Source: Mantamonas sphyraenae STR306 (Eukaryota; Protista; CRuMs). Taken from it: a stretch of 64,000 nt of DNA. Location: NCBI GenBank assembly GCA_026936335.1, contig JAPMXV010000040.1, forward strand, positions 124,001 to 188,000, read 5' to 3'. A program made the position numbers and the translations under genes. Position 1 is the stretch's first letter; each line of letters starts with the position of its first letter. The notes beneath the pieces were generated by a model. The model saw only the letters and a list, made by a program, of their open reading frames with translations, was not told the DNA's origin and ran no database searches. Positions 62,811-64,000 of this stretch are shown piece by piece.

Positions 62811-64000
62811 ATGGATGAGTTGTACAATTTTGAACGGTGTTTGTGCTGCGAGACCGTGGCCAAGAGGAGAGGGAGAGAGCGCGGGATGAGCTCGTCGTTT
62901 GGAGTCCGTAGGTTGGGGCTGAGTTGTCGGGAGGGAGGGACGGGGAAGGGCGGTGGGCAGGACGCTGACGTGAGGGAGGGTAGGGTCGGGGATTCAAGCC
63001 ATGATTCGGGAGCAGGTGGACACGGAGGTGATTCGTGCACACTTGGTGGCACGAAAGTGCATTGCTCTGCAGTGTTACTTCTTGGCACGGATGGTGAACG
63101 AGTTTCCGTTGGATGAAAATGGGTTGGAGGAATGCGGTGAGGTGCTGGAGCTGTTTGGAGCGCACGGGGCGCGGAAAGAGAACGAAATTGTACGTTGGGG
63201 GATTGTGGAAGGGGTTGGGGAGGGAGGAAGTTGGTGGGAGGGCGTGTGGGAAGAGGACTGACAGGGTGAATGGACAGCAAATCTTGATGCGGTCGACGTC
63301 GACCATGTCTGTGAGCTCGATGAGCAGCGTGGCGTCGTGGAAGCTGCAACGGTTCCAGTCGCAGCTGCAGGCTGGAGGGACAGGGCAGGGCCAGGGAGGG
63401 TTAACACGGCAAGGATCGCCCGGAAGCACGTCAAAGCGTGTGCGGCGTGATTCGATGAGCAGTTTCGGCAGCAGTGTGCGGCGTGGCTCGCTGGGGCGGA
63501 CGAGCAGCTTCGCGGTGGGCGGCAAACAAGGTACACAAGTGGTGTATCACCGGAGCAAGGACGATTGGCAGGGACTGTGTGCGCCACATGCTGTGGGGAT
63601 CATCGGGTGTGGGAGTGTGGGCAAGGTGATTGTGGGTGCGCTTCTGGACTCGGGCCAGTTTGCACCGGAAGACATTGTTGTGTCGTGTCGGTCGACGCGG
63701 ACTCTGAAACGTGTACAAAACAAGGGAGTGAAGTGTGTGACACAGAATGCGGAAGTGAGTGCAAGCGCAAACATGCTGATTCTGGCGGTGCCGCCATCGC
63801 AGCTGCAGCAAGTGGCCGAGAGCGTGCGCGGGACGATCCCAGCGGCGACGACAGTGGTGTCTGTGATGGCCGGGGTTAGCGCACACAAGGTGTGCAACCT
63901 GTTGGATGTGCCTGCGTGCATATGTACAGAGGTGGATGCGGATTTGATTGAGGAGCGGAAGGAGGAGCTGTACCATGTGTTTGAGGACGATTACCTGTTT
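62811..64000 (+). CDS. NOXRED1/pyrroline-5-carboxylate-reductase-like Rossmann protein, spliced, runs off the window end
   Basis: Frame from 63278 reads VGIIGCGSVGKVIVGALL...LILAVPPSQL...VVSVMAGVS (absent from the ORF track because there is no stop); intron 63190-63277; 5' exon structure uncertain. Confidence 0.7.

Overview
Gene-dense, GC-rich eukaryotic (protist-like, flagellated) chromosome segment with mostly very short spacers (often 30-100 bp) and short GT-AG introns (often GTACGT/GTAAGT...CTRAC...YAG). Host genes: IPO11 (partial), TRIP4, a multi-pass membrane protein, QTRT1, a GT-A glycosyltransferase, a tandem ATP-grasp/isoaspartyl-dipeptidase fusion, two paralogous front-end desaturases flanking a ZIP4/TEX11-like gene, RPA34-like, a 4TM-SH3 protein, TMEM184, a bacterial-type Met-zincin, tRNA-Leu(UAA), Piezo, acetate:succinate CoA-transferase-like, V-ATPase d, CASTOR-like, DLEC1, a gustatory-receptor-like 7TM channel, RasGEF, RPP40, MED9 and NOXRED1-like (partial). 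The standout is an ~8.8 kb TA-flanked IS630/Tc1-type DNA transposon (about 5519-14310). It carries a DD34E transposase and a giant (~2076 aa), intron-containing Fanzor/TnpB-family RuvC nuclease. Once a 77-nt intron is spliced, its N-terminus forms a USP/USPL1-like cysteine-protease domain, followed by a degenerate PIN/FEN1-like region. A hairpin-rich ~105-nt tail at the element end is a candidate omegaRNA. All family calls come from recognising motifs by eye; no searches were run.
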